A stretch of DNA of 55,777 nucleotides, filler included, from Sphacelaria rigidula (GCA_964200075.2; 3 parts of 3 records of this genome joined end to end with filler, not necessarily neighbours in it); one strand, 5' to 3'. Positions 24,560-37,252 are shown, numbered from the whole stretch's first letter. The notes: generated by a model not told the origin, from the letters alone. Numbers and translations are program-made.

Positions 24560-25640
24560 AAATCTTCCCGAGAGTTTCACGTAGGAGAGAACATTTTCCG
24601 CGTTCCAGCGGAAATATGGGAAACACCTACAACAGGGGTCAGCGAAGAGTTGTTGGCAGTTTTTCGCGGTGGGCGTGCTTCAGCGTCCACCTTGAGGGGC
24701 CACAGAAGAGGACTTCGAACACGTCTACTTCCAGCACCCAGACTTCTCAGATCCAGTGGCGCCCCCGATGTTCCTCCACGGTGCAGCACTCGCCCGGACT
24801 GCCGGTTATCCCATCGCATGTGTGGCGCCCTGTGCTTGAACTCGGGTATCAGGTCGATCTCTTCGTCAGTGGGCGGTACTCAGATACATGGAGATATTAT
24901 TCATTCTGGCCTACCGTCGCTCCGCTGCCGTAATGCCCATCGTGCCCGCATTCAGATGGGGTGTAGAAACGCGCATGCTCTCCATGCTCTCCGACACGGT
25001 CCGGTCAAAATGATTAGCACCCTCGCGCAATGGCTATCATCATATCGGTAAGGCTTGTCAATGACCTTGACATGATGCCAGTGTCGTCGCCGTACAGCAC
25101 AGCTCACAGCTGCTGCTTTTATGTCATGTAGCTCTCCTCCTTCCGAGCTCTTACTCGTTTGGCTGTTGTACCGCCTTCTCCTCCTCGCCGCCTTGGTCCG
25201 GCGCTAATTTCCTCCCTCCTTGTGCCTGCCTTTCCTCATCCTCCCTTCCCCCCCTTTTCTCCGGCCCGTAATTTGCACCGTGTCATTGAACATTTGGTCT
25301 CGCAGGGAGGTCTCCGTCACCGTACTCAGGACGGCGACGAAAAAGACGCTGAATAGTAGCCAGCGGGGTCAGCATAAATAAATGTCGGAGCCCCTGTCCG
25401 ATTTCAGTCCGGTCCAATGCCCCCCCGTTATCCATACGTCTGCAGCCCCGCACCCCGTCGTGATATTGGCGAATGACTACAGTATGATCATCTCGGGCAC
25501 CCCGAACCGCGCAAGCACGGTCAGGAATAGGATGCGATCGACCGGGTCATTCGCCTTCTCGGCCAATGAAACACGCGTAGAGCGCAGTGTTCTGGGCTCT
25601 GTCTACTAGTGCGGGATACCAAACACTGGACAATCACTGT
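24560..25640 (-). mobile_element. Decayed RTE-like LINE reverse transcriptase fragment
   Basis: Minus-strand translation across frameshifts gives LYACFI..EKANDPVDRILFLTVLARFGVPEM..VIRQYHDG (RT 'FIDL.KAYDSVDR..LW.VLARFGVP'). It also gives VLYGDDTGI, a degenerate YADD motif, at about 25085-25100. Confidence 0.85.
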
Positions 25641-25853
25641 ACAGGTTTTGTGAAGAAAAAAAAACGTTTATTCGTCGGATAACATCCCCCCCAAACCCCA
25701 AACCCGCTTTCCCTCCCTCCACAAAACACCGAGTATTCACTGCAAGCGCCCAAGTGTCTTCGTTCCATCTACGGGTAGCCTCGGCTCCACTTATCTCTAG
25801 TAAGTGGATAGATTAAGCTGGATCAGCCATGGGTATTTGTTAAGGTCGTGTTC

Positions 25854-26350
25854 TGTAGGATACAGTTTTCTGTATACCCGGGGTATTGTTCCGGGTATTT
25901 ACCGTACCCGACGGCTCTGTGACTTCTGCAAGACTTTCGTACCGGTACCCGATAGTTCTGTGAACTCTGTCAGATTTTCATACCCTTACCCGATAGTTCT
26001 GTGAGTTCTGTAAGCCTTCCGTAACGGTACCGGGGGGCACGGGTATGCTCTTGATAAGATACCCGGTCGCGGGTACGATTTCTGTGCAATCTACATACCC
26101 TATCTGACAGTTCTGTGAGTTCTGTAAGCCTTCCATACCCTTACCCGACAGTTCTGTGAGCTCTGTACGTCATGTTTACCTGTACCCGGAGCGCGGGTAT
26201 GCTCTTGAAGAAATACCCGATAGCCGGTACGGTTTTCTGTAAGCCTCCCACATCGTCCCCGACAAGTTTTCTGTAATTTCTGTAAGATTTGTATCCAGTA
26301 CCCGTACCCAACAGTTCTGTAAGCTCTGTAAGCCTTCCATACCCCTACCG
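25854..26350. mobile_element. Partial MITE-like repeat with ~41 bp internal subrepeats (copy A)
   Basis: Collinear with 27062-27653. Units resemble TTCTGTGAGTTCTGTAAGCCTTCCATACCCTTACCCGACAG (starts 25956/25997 and 26111/26152, 41 bp apart). Confidence 0.75.
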
Positions 26351-27061
26351 GGGGTTAGAGTACACCGTTGTAGACATACCCGTTTGCAGGAACGAGCACA
26401 GGTATATACCTTGGGGAGGTATGGATATGGGTCCAATCCAAACACAACCTCATGACCTGAACATGTACCTCCCACCGATCAACCCACCCTACTCCTTTAC
26501 TCAATACTGCACACTAACAATAATTCGATGTTGGAAAGTTCTTTAGTTCGGAATCTGAAGGGTTACGAGGTACTGCTGAGTGGGAACACGAAACATGATC
26601 AGCACTCCAGAGCGTCAGGATGGATCACCCCCGGACTCGAGTGGTGGCTCGAGCGGGGGCGGTTCATCTGTGACACCAGGGGATCAAGTAACAAGACGCA
26701 CGCCATCGACGTTGATGGTGGTTGTGTCGTGGTCATCAAACCCCTGGTCGTTGTCGACATGCACAGCAAAGAGTATGGACTGCCACCGAAAGTCGTCAAG
26801 GCCATCGGCGATTTTGTCGTGCCCAAGGTCTTCCAGAAAGCGGGCAGTCATGAATGCTCCTTCATGTACTCTCTGGGAGTGTACGTGAAGTCGATAGGTG
26901 CTGACGATCCCGTGCTCATGTACTACTGCGATTGTTCGTGTGGTCTTTCTCTATCAACCCCGCAGAGCCGTTCTGATTTTCCGATAAGTGTCATCTGTAG
27001 TTCGCCATTGTAGTGACGTAGGGTCCACCTCAGGGATGATGATAATACCAAGGTTGTGTTT

Positions 27062-27653
27062 TGTAGAGTACGGTATTCTGTATAGCCGGGGTATTTTCCT
27101 GGGTATTTAACGTACCCGACAGCTGTGTAACTTCTGTACGACTCTCATACCGGTATCCGATAGTTTTGTAAACTCCGTAAGAATTTCATACCGGTACCCG
27201 ACAGTTCTGTGAACTCTGTCAGACTTTCATACCCTTACCCGATAGTTCTGTGAGTCCTGCAAGCCACCCGTACCGTTACCGGGGGCACGGGTATGCTCTT
27301 GATAAGATATCCGGTCGCGGGTACGGTTTTCTTTGCAACCTACATACCATATCCGACAGCTTCTGCGAGTTCTGCAAGCCTTCCATACCCTTACCCGACA
27401 GTTCTTTGAGCTCTGTACAGAATGTTTACTCGTACCCGGCGCGCGGATATGCTCTTAAACATAAACCCAATTGCCGGTACGATTTTCTGCAAGCATCCCA
27501 TACCGTACCTGACAAGTTCTATGATTTCTGTAAGACTTTCAAACCGATACCCGACAATTTTGTAACTTCTGGAAGACTTTCATACCCGTACCCTATATTT
27601 CTGTAAGTTCTGTAAGGAATCTCATACCCTATAGAATATACCCGTACCCTACA
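27062..27653. mobile_element. MITE-like element with imperfect TIRs and ~41 bp internal subrepeats (copy B)
   Basis: Left end TGTAGAGTACGGTATTCT; right end ATACCCGTACCCTACA (reverse complement TGTAGGGTACGGGTAT). Internal ACCCG/TTCTGT subrepeats. Confidence 0.75.
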
Positions 27654-30600
27654 GATCACATTCTTGATATTTTGCATCTTGCACCCGACGAATCGAAGAG
27701 ATGCAACTGCATGCTGCAGCATGGAAACCTGGTCAAGTCCACGAATTCCATGGGGAGCAAAAATTGTAGCTGACGACCGTGCTCTAATGTAGCCAAGAAC
27801 GATAATGTATACCTTTTTCTCGCTTTTGTTTTGAGTAGATTGCGAAGACCCGAAGTACGAGCACCGCAAGCCCATTCTCTGCACTGTCTTGCTTAGATAC
27901 CGTCCGTTATTTCAATCGTTGTTATCAAGAACACACAGCATAATTTCCTTAATGAACAAATACTACGAAAATACCGCGCTCCGATTGCCTAGCGCGTACA
28001 GAAACAGAAAAACAACAAGCATCTGCGATGGAAGATGGCGGTTTGGAATACCGACAGGTACGATGTTTTTGAGCAGAATGTGACCAACATCATTGGAAGC
28101 CTGAGGACGCAAATGGCGGAGAAGTTCGACTCAAGTCCACGACGTGCAGGAGTGCTGACCTCACCCTCGATTACAAAATTTCGGCCAGGTACCGGGGGTG
28201 AGATGAGTCGGTTTCTCGAGACTAAGGATTCATCCCGACGCAGGAAAACGATTAAAAGTATGGTGATGAAATATATGGACTAGAATAAATGGGGGGAAAA
28301 GGGGGGGGGGGGGGGATTGTGCTCGGAACAGCTGCAATTTCGGGAATAGCCCACCAGAGCCGTCCTGTACCCTGAACTGGCCCATCATGGTGAGGTATAC
28401 CTGGTATAAACTTGCCTTGAGCGTCACCGTTCGATACAACGTGCCGATTCGAGCCACTTTTATGCCTTCTGTGGCCATTACTACACCCGTTCATGGACGA
28501 AAAGACGCATGCCTTGACTTTATTCGCACGCGCACAACCTCGCTGTCAACTCTACTCTGAAATCGGTCAAAAATCAAACTGTGTACCTTTTTCTGACCAC
28601 TGTCCATCCCCTTACAGATGGCGCCCGGGAATAAGCAACAATTAGTTGTCGAAAATCAGGCCCGTATTCCCACGCAACACACCAAATCCCACGTAGTTTC
28701 AAAGTTGGAAACAAGGTATGAAGAAACAGTTGAACAATTAAAAACAGCGATCGATGCCCACGAAAGTGAAGGGTAACGTTACCGCTGAGCGTGGTACGGA
28801 GTAGCAAGAAACGATTGAACAACTCCAATCAAGCTTGCTGTACGTGTGCCTGTCTGCATGACCAACGAAAATTTGTGACTCACCGGGTTCTCCCAGACTA
28901 GCCAAACATAGTGATGGAGACAGAAGGAATGATTTGGCTCTTTTTGGAAACGTTTTCCGAGGATCCGCTGTACCCTACTGCACGCCATGGCGTTTCTACC
29001 GCCTCGCTCGGTGGTTTGAACACGCCGGTGAGACCTATCCCATTTTCAACTACGGAAAACGGGGTCAATATTGTTCATACTTTTGCATTTTCCACGCACA
29101 TTTCCCGCATTCTTCTCTTTACTTGGAGAGCTGGACGACCTCTTTCTCGATCATGACACTGTTCGTTTCCACTTCCAGATTTGGAGAAGTGGGCAGCACC
29201 GAAAAACAGTCCCGCTGCTGGCCATCTCATGTATTATATTGCGGAACGTACAGTCGCGATAGTGCCGACGTCGTAACTGACACCATATATATCTAGATAG
29301 TATTTAGCTGTTTTTGGGAGTGACAATGATGATATTGGGCGTTTCGTGGCAAATAGATGGACCGATGAAGCAGACCTCAGAATCAGGACTAACTACAAAT
29401 CAACGCCATTTAATATCGCGAGGCTATATATTTCAAGAAAAGCAGGTAGTGAGCACCTGAGCGCCCACTTGAAGGGAATTTGGGCCTCGAGACCAAATTA
29501 ATCCTTCGACCACCAGGGTGGATCATCTTTTAAATCGGTATCATTTCCACGTGGAGAGTAATTATGAGGCCCTGATAATCTACCCTCGCGGTCGACAGGT
29601 TCAAGCGGGCTTCATCCGCACCCCCTGAGAGGGTGGACGTTAAACGAATCCGCCATGTACAATTTTCTTTACTCCTTCCCACGCTGCTCTTCGATGCAGT
29701 ACGATAATATCCTTTGCACGTCGAGGGATACAGCATCAACTTCGAAGTATTACAGCGCTGCTGCACTCTGCCCATCAGGAGTAGCAGAAGAGTAAAAACC
29801 TGGGCTGCCATCAAGCCACAAGCCATCCACACACTCAGCGAAGAACCGCTTTGGTTTGCTATACACACAAATAGGGTATGAACCACGAAGTACAGTAGGG
29901 TGTAGGCTACAAAGGCTCACTCAACAGAGATGGGCATCACTGCGGGACATCTTTGTTGACTGCGCAATTGTATGCACACGGGTCTGGAGTCAAAAAGATT
30001 TTGCAGTGATGACTGCTAACTTCTGGCATGTGAAAATTGAGTTCTGCACATTTGCGGCGAGTGCGACAATGCGGGATAATCCACGGGAGAGTACATGCAC
30101 CTTCAATTACTGTAAGCGCGTTGGTACATCGTTCCACATACGCGTTACCTGGGCTAGCGAGGAGCTTCGCAAGGCCTACGCGGGGTGCCCTCCGCGCGAT
30201 ACAGCAAGCACTCAAGTGTCCGTCGCTTCTGTACGATATTCACACCGAACAAGGTTTCAGTATCTCATACGCCACGCTGCCTCCTCGATCTTTATCTCGT
30301 TCACCACATGCTTTGCTGGGCACAAGGGGAAGATGAAGGTAGCTGCACGGTCGCTACACCAGCACTGCAGCAGCTGAGCGTCGTACCACGAGGAAAGCCC
30401 GCCGAAGAAGACCGCAGAGGCACCTCTGCTGCTTCTTCCTGCTGTAGTAGCGGCAAGTTCATGTGTGCGGTCTAGGTTAGACAATAGTTGAGCATGAGAT
30501 GGTTTGCAACTTGCATGTCAACATTATACCGCACGGTTTGTGCTAGTCGAAGTCGTTCAATGCGAAACGAAACTTGGGGTTTGAAACGGTTGAAAAATGC

Positions 30601-33417
30601 TCCAGGTTTCTCCGCATTCCGCGCGAACGACAACCTATGGTTCTAATAACTCAATATGTGGACATGGGGGCGGGGGGCATATATATGACGTTATGGCAGA
30701 TACTTCCGGTGCTGGACGACTATCTCCCGCTTCAGGCTGCAAGTCCTCAAGACAAAGGATACTTGTAATATAACTCGTAACTCATAGCTTTCCACTGACA
30801 CTTGACAACAGCAGGCACAACATTTCTTGGATGCGCAACGGTATCACGCCGCACTTGGTGAAATATGACAATTATACGCGATAATAATCTGGAATTGACA
30901 ACTTAAATATTTCACGACGAGAATATCATATTACTCCCCCTTCTCCGGTTCTTGGTCCGGGCCACCCACAGGGTTCAATTCTTCTTCACTTTGGACGATT
31001 TTCAAACATATATCTAAATATAGCACATAAACTTTGAGTACGGTAGCTTGTAAAAATAAATTGATCGGAACCTCTACTGTTGTTGTTATACTGGAATTCA
31101 AGCCGTTGTCGAAATCTAGTCATGATCATTCGGTACTCATATACGATGAAGTCGTTTTCCAAAGGGTCAGCTCTCAGCAGCTGAGAGCTCCTACCGCTGA
31201 ATGCACTGCCTCGTAGTGTGTCCCGACGCGCTTCATCAAGAGCAATCATGACGCAACGCGGAGTTATTCAGGTATCTGTCCTTGTTTTCACGATATCCAG
31301 GTATTTCGAAGTTGCACTGAATTGCAATGGGTTTGTCCGGCACAAACAAAGCGCAACGCGGCATAGAACAAAACGTGGGGCAAAGGCAAGGGGACAGCAC
31401 CGCAGGTTGTGCCGCCGCTGCCGAAGGGCCAATTTCCACCCGGAGGTCATCACATTCAAGTGCTTGGGTTGAATTGAGTCTGGCGGCTTTGCTACTGCTC
31501 AGACTTGCACGCTTTCATTCAGTAGAAGCTGTGGATTCTTGACGGCAAATCAACGAGAAACCCCGCGACAAGGAGGTATATTCAGTGCTGAGATTCTGTA
31601 CAGGGTGGGAGAGGGCAGTTCAGGCGTCGAAGGGTTGGATGCTGTACCTGGGCCACGTACGAGCCGGCACCGGCTTGGTAGCCTCACACAAGTATTACCC
31701 AGGACCGAGGCGTGCAACAAGTTCAAGCTCATGCCATGAAGAATATAGTTTCCGCATGCAGCATACGTGGCCTCGTGCTCATGCTTGCTATTAGTGCAGT
31801 ATCCAGACACGGGCAACTTCTTCTGTTGCAGTGAGGGAGGGCACTTGCGGAAACAGCTGTTCCTTGCTCGGTCGCGCAGGGCGCGCGCAGCTAACTGATG
31901 TACCACGACTATGGCGACAGAACCGTTCGGTACTGTTGCTGTAATGTTGAGCTATTTTTAACTGCACAAGTTGTTTCCCGGCATGAAGATCTCTGCTGGC
32001 ACGAGTACAGACTGCTGTACGGCAGTCTACAATGGCACTATCCCAATGTGCTTTGGAAGCAGTGATACTATACAGCATGCTGGCTTGCGCAGCTTTTCCA
32101 CCGGTGACTGCCGCGGGTGCAGCCACACAGACACACTACACCCTGCACCCTGATATATGCAGTATATTCTGCCTGCGGCTTCTGGATGGTCGGTAGCTCC
32201 AAACGCGGCTCAACAATCACTGCCGAAATCCCTCATTTTGGTTTGATACGCCATAACCGGTTTTTGGCCAACTACTCGCGTTCGGCCTTCAGCCACGAGG
32301 GAAACTTCTCATACGGTTTAACCTGGGAAATATTTGGTTTCTGCTACTCGTGGTCCACAGGTCCATCCACACATATACTGTAGTAGGCCTTGCACTCTCG
32401 GGCCAGAGTTTATCTGGCTCTCTTGAAAACGTCACCCGTCGTCAACACACGCTATTGTCAAGAATCTAAAAATGTAACGGGCTCTCATTTGGCGTTGGGC
32501 TTTATCCCAGTCGTGTGGTGTAGCGCAGGAGGTGTTGACTGGCATCGCAAAACGAACCGCTTAGGATTTCATGTTGTTCTTGGAAAGCACTGCTATCGAG
32601 AAATTGGCGTACCCTAGCATTTGGGCTATTGTTAACCCTTTTTATTTCAAATTTCACGGGAACACGCAGATGAGTGACTCAAGTTTCTGACACCAGACAC
32701 GCATTGCAGGAGACAACTGCGCACACGGCATACCTTCATTGCTTATAGCGAGGCAAGTCCGTTTCGCGCGATGAACCAGTAAAGTTAGAGCACACCCGAT
32801 AGGGTGTGCAATGAGTGCATCATAACTAACAGAGCGACACCGGCGTGGGTTGGTGCGGCTCTCGTGTGCAGTACTTCGTGCGTCGAGTCTTACTGCTCTC
32901 ACCCCCAGTCGTATAAGGAGGATACGTGATATCATCGCCAAAACTTGTAGACAAAAAACGATTGCAGCAAGCCGACCATCTTCAAACATATGACACTAAC
33001 CAGGCTGGGAGCTACCCTCTGCGGTGTGCTGAGCGGTTTGGTTCGCAGCGCACACAATTCCAGGCAAAGTTGTGACAGCACAGCACAGCAGCAGCAGCAG
33101 CAGCAGCAGCACATGAAGTGGCACATGGGTGACACACCTGTGACAGGCCTTCCGCACTCAAGGTTCATACGGTTGGCAAGCTGCTGGAATTCTGGTTGAA
33201 TATTTTGAATGTCTGTAATCGACTGGTCGGAAACCCGAACTCCGGAGCCCAACAGTGCAGTGGAGTACCGTAGAGTTCATGCCGGCTTGATGAGCAAACA
33301 AGAGAGCATCAATGTAACACCTGCTGCACCAGTATATAGAGTACGCCATCGTTGGATCAACATTGCCATTTGCGCCCCCAAAACCGCGACCCGAAAGCAG
33401 GATCGCCTTCCGACGAA

Positions 33418-34053
33418 ATGGCTAGCCCGGGGAAGGCATGAGAGTGTATACGGATAGGATATCGTACCATGTGGTAGGATACCCCAACCAAAGTTCTCAT
33501 ATCCTCACGAGAAATTTTTGCTCTACATCTTGTCCACCTTTTATGAATATGCCTCTTGTCGTGCGACAGGGCCAGATCTTTCTGGATAGCTTCAACCCGA
33601 TCTTGGAGAACGCCATCAAGCCCCGCCTCTCGGATGGAAAGCGGGAGCCATGTGAGCTCAAGGTTTCCGATTTCGATGACGCGATGTACACGCTAGAGGT
33701 GAGCACGCTTCGCAGGCTTCCTTGCGCCTGGCATACTGTAGATGAAAGCCCGTGCCTCAACAAATCCCTCTTGTTCTTACATGATTTACCTGTGACAGCC
33801 TATGCCAAATTGAAAAAAAAAAAAAACGCATTTTCATGCAACCGGTAGCATTTAAGAACCGGTTCTGATTGTATGGGGACGTGTTGTGGTTGCGATGTTT
33901 ATATGTTGCAAGCCTTCTAATTTTTGCTGTACATACTCGTGTTTCCCCCGGGGGGGGGGTGTTGTTGCTCCGATCTCCTTTGCAGGTTCCCCCAACCAGT
34001 CTTACCACGCTTTCTCTGTCCATTGCCATCAGCGGCTGGAAGGAGATCAACAG
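33418..34053 (+). CDS. ARPC2: Arp2/3 complex 34 kDa subunit, 5' exons only
   Basis: Exon 33570-33698 encodes GQIFLDSFNPILENAIKPRLSDGKREPCELKVSDFDDAMYTLE. In-frame exon 33986-34053 encodes VPPTSLTTLSLSIAISGWKEIN. Both resemble the p34-Arc N-terminus (I.L...N.I....…E..E….DFD.V.Y.I…V.IS…KE). The putative start exon 33418-33435 (MASPGK) is tentative. Confidence 0.8.
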
Positions 34054-34745
34054 GTACAGTAACCACGTCTGCTTGCGGTAGCAAACAGAGTTGTTGTCTG
34101 TGTACCATTTCTTTCGTGTCATGTCGGAAACATTCTCGTCGGAGGGAACAGTATAAATATAAGTTCTACTAGCTGTAGATGATATCGTCAACATTTCCTC
34201 GGTAAAGTGCGATCTCGAATACGGTTCACATGGACTTGACGGGAATTTGTGTCTGACGCATGTTGATGGTCCTGTTATAGTGCGGTTGGCCTCTCTGGCA
34301 GGTTCAGAGTAGGGCCGCAGGTTGTACCTATGCTGTACTTGGAAACACTCAGAGGCTAGCGGTTTTTGGCCGCCATTGTAGCGGAACCCCGTAGTATGCA
34401 GTCATACGCTCTGGTGCAGTTGCGGCTCTGTATGATTTGACTAGAACTTTCCTCTTACCGTAGCGTATGGTAAAATGTCGGTTATTTAGAGAAGTGCCGC
34501 TGTTCGATGGCGGGCGCATTTTCCGCGTCAAATATCTGGAGAAAGGGACGATAATTTCGAGGATAGATGGATACTCTGGGAGCTGGGCCAGCCAGCATGC
34601 GCAGGCCCAGGATAAATCGCATCCTCGCCTCAATTTTGAAAGTCGGACTTTCAAACGTGGTTTGGAGAATCGCCAGAGGGTATGATAAAAACAGTAGCTT
34701 TGGGTATTGATATTTTTCATGCTTTCATGAGTTGGGGAGGAAAAC

Positions 34746-35010
34746 CAGGGGTGTAAATGTTACACGTGCCACAACGTTGCACGTTACGTTTTGGCCGAAA
34801 CGTAACGTGCACATAATTTTTGCTAACTTGATGAACGTAACGTCAATTTTTCAAATGAAGCGTTCACGTAACGTTAATTTTCTTCACGTGCTAAACGAAA
34901 CGTAACGTGAACGTTAAATTGCCCAAACGTTCAAAACACGTGATACGAAATGTTGTAACGTGTAACGGGAAACGTTTTATGTTACGTTATACGTTACATG
35001 AAGCGTTGCA
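34746..35010. repeat. Cluster of ACGT-core motifs (GTAACGT/ACGTTAC) after a CAGGG terminus; probable DNA-transposon subterminal region
   Basis: Begins CAGGGGTGTAAATGTTACACGT, followed by many AACGT/ACGTT copies in both orientations. Confidence 0.6.
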
Positions 35011-35430
35011 CACCTCAAGTTCGCAATGAATTTTGAAATCCTAGGAAAGAAAGTAACTATTATACAACGGTATAAGTACAGGCCGTGTATTTTGCTAACA
35101 GTGCGGTTACAAGTAGAGGCTGCACTTTGTAAACACAGTACAAGTGCGTGCTGTACTTGTGACCTTGTACTACAATACTTTGCAAATACAACAGACAAAA
35201 GTAGACAAGGATAAAATCACCCTGTATTTTGGACATACAGCATTATAGTACGAGGTAGTCAGTCATTTGCTCGCGAGAACGGGAGGCAGGCTCGCATCTG
35301 GCAGCGGTGATGTCGGCAATGTCGTGAGTTCTACACCGTCTTGACTGTAAGGTTCAAGGCTACAAGCAGATGCACGTACATTCATGGTACACGCTGGTTC
35401 ACGCTCATCACCCGGAAAACACTCATCGGC

Positions 35431-35709
35431 AAAACTTCACGCCGTTTTAAGGAGTTATCCATTGAAATTTTGCACGAATGTTCTATGGGTCATTATGCAA
35501 CTTTGCAGGAACGTTTTTTTATTTTTTGACTTTTTTCACCGTTTTTCGAGGGTCCCAGTTTTTTGGAGAAACCTCGACCCAATCTGACCCCCGTAAAACG
35601 GTAACAAGAAAAAACCCGAAAAGCCCCGTTCCTGCAAAGTTGTGCAATGTCCCAAAGCATAGTTGTGCAAAATTTCAGGGTCTGACTCCTTGAAACGGCG
35701 TGAAGTTTT
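35431..35709. mobile_element. Foldback MITE with ~85 bp imperfect inverted arms
   Basis: AAAACTTCACGCCGTTTTAAGGAGTTA…TGAAATTTTGCAC…CAACTTTGCAGGAACG on the left matches the reverse complement of CGTTCCTGCAAAGTTG…GTGCAAAATTTCA…TGACTCCTTGAAACGGCGTGAAGTTTT on the right. Confidence 0.85.
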
Positions 35710-35732
35710 CACACCCTGGACAATACAATATG

Positions 35733-37152
35733 TAATATATATTGCCCGCTCAATATATCGACGCGTCGGGTGGTCAAAATATATTGGGCGAGCAATATGA
35801 TGACACGAGAGAGGGTCAATATATATTGTGCCATCAATATATCAAGGCTCGCGACATGCAATATATATCGACCGAACAATATATCACGACACGCGCCACC
35901 TCAAAATATATTGGCCGAGTAATATGTTGGTGCGAGAAGGCACCAATATATATTTGTCGAGTAATATCTTTGCTGTCACCCGAGGTCAATATATATTGAC
36001 GATTCAATATACTCGACACCTGAAGCGCCAATATATGTTGCCGCCCCAATATGTCGTGCGTCAATGCGTCCAATATATGTTGGGCGGACAATACACGAGG
36101 GGACCGACGGTCACAATACATGTTGGTGTAGCAAAACATATTGATTTTTAACATAGATTGGAAAGTGTATTGGAATTAGTATGGTGCGCAGATCTTTGTT
36201 CGCGGGCGCCATTCAAAGACGTATTTTACATGCCGAAAATGCTCAATGTATTCCTCCGCAAGCGTGTTCAATATATATTGGCTGCACGATGGCTATCCGA
36301 TCAGCGTGCGCAATATATATTGGAAACACAATACTTCTGCATGGTTTGCGTTCAATATATATTTGATAACAATATGCTACGCATCGCCTCGACTCGATAT
36401 ATATTGACACTTCAATACATACACGGCCGGCATGCACAATATACATTGAATGTTTTACTCTCGGAGTAACTGCATGTCCAACATATTTTGACATACATTA
36501 CTTCATGATCATGACACGAGTAATATATGTTGTTGCTTCAATATCTCCGAGGACATCTCAACACAATATATATTGAAAGGACGATATTTGTGCTGGCTCC
36601 AATACAAGTATTGGTATCATATTGGAACGTTTTGTATTGTCCAGGGTATAAGCAACACAGCCCCGGTGACCACGGGGGTACCAAAAGGCGCATATCGACC
36701 CGCGTTTCCTGTCGTCGTGATGTTCAGCCAAGATATTTATATTACATGCTGGAAAGGGGATGGCCGGCCCCGCACAGGTGGCCAGATAGGTATCAGGAGG
36801 CATATATACCGGGTCGCCTCTTCTGTCACCATATTTTCTAACTAGTATACACACACATATATATATATATATCAAACGCATTCGACAACTTTCCGGAGTA
36901 ATGCACGCGAACTTCTGCGGCTCCCTTTAAAGCTTTTCCCAATCTGCACGGGCTCCGGCATCCATCGCGTCTGGATCTCTCCTAAAGCGTACACGATACT
37001 TATAATATCTGATATATTTTGACCGGCCAATGCGTTGTCACCCACGCAGACCCAATATATATATATATATTGACCGGTCAACATGTTCTCATCAATGCGA
37101 CCCTAATATATATTGGTCGTGCAATATGCTGTCGCCCAGGCTGCCCCAATAT
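35733..37152. repeat. Phased array: CAATATATATTG-N6-CAATAT-N18/19, period 42-43 bp, with variable spacers
   Basis: Unit starts at 35733, 35775, 35817, 35859, 35902, 35944, 35987, 36029, 36071, 36114, then 36269, 36311, 36353, 36395, 36437, 36479, 36521, 36564. More units lie near 37050, 37104 and 37147, cut by the linker. Confidence 0.9.
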
Positions 37153-37252
37153 NNNNNNNNNNNNNNNNNNNNNNNNNNNNNNNNNNNNNNNNNNNNTTAA
37201 TTAATTAANNNNNNNNNNNNNNNNNNNNNNNNNNNNNNNNNNNNNNNNNNNN
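37153..37252. other. Artificial contig-joining linker
   Basis: 44 N + TTAATTAATTAA + 44 N. Confidence 0.97.

Noticed and set aside
26529-26560. TGTTGGAAAG as the start of a copia LTR similar to the end at 40002
   Set aside because: Only about 10 bp match; no closing CA end, TSD or primer-binding site found.
29530-32990. Possible further minus-strand exons divergent from ARPC2
   Set aside because: No consistent in-frame splice chain or recognisable domain could be built by eye.
35742-36469. ORFs encoding a 14-aa QYIL..QY repeat protein
   Set aside because: The period alternates between 42 and 43 bp and breaks frame. The palindromic motif gives similar peptides on both strands.
35733-37152. 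Calling the 42 bp array a CRISPR locus
   Set aside because: Eukaryotic context, no cas genes, degenerate bipartite repeat, short spacers, and the same spacer order in a second dispersed copy.
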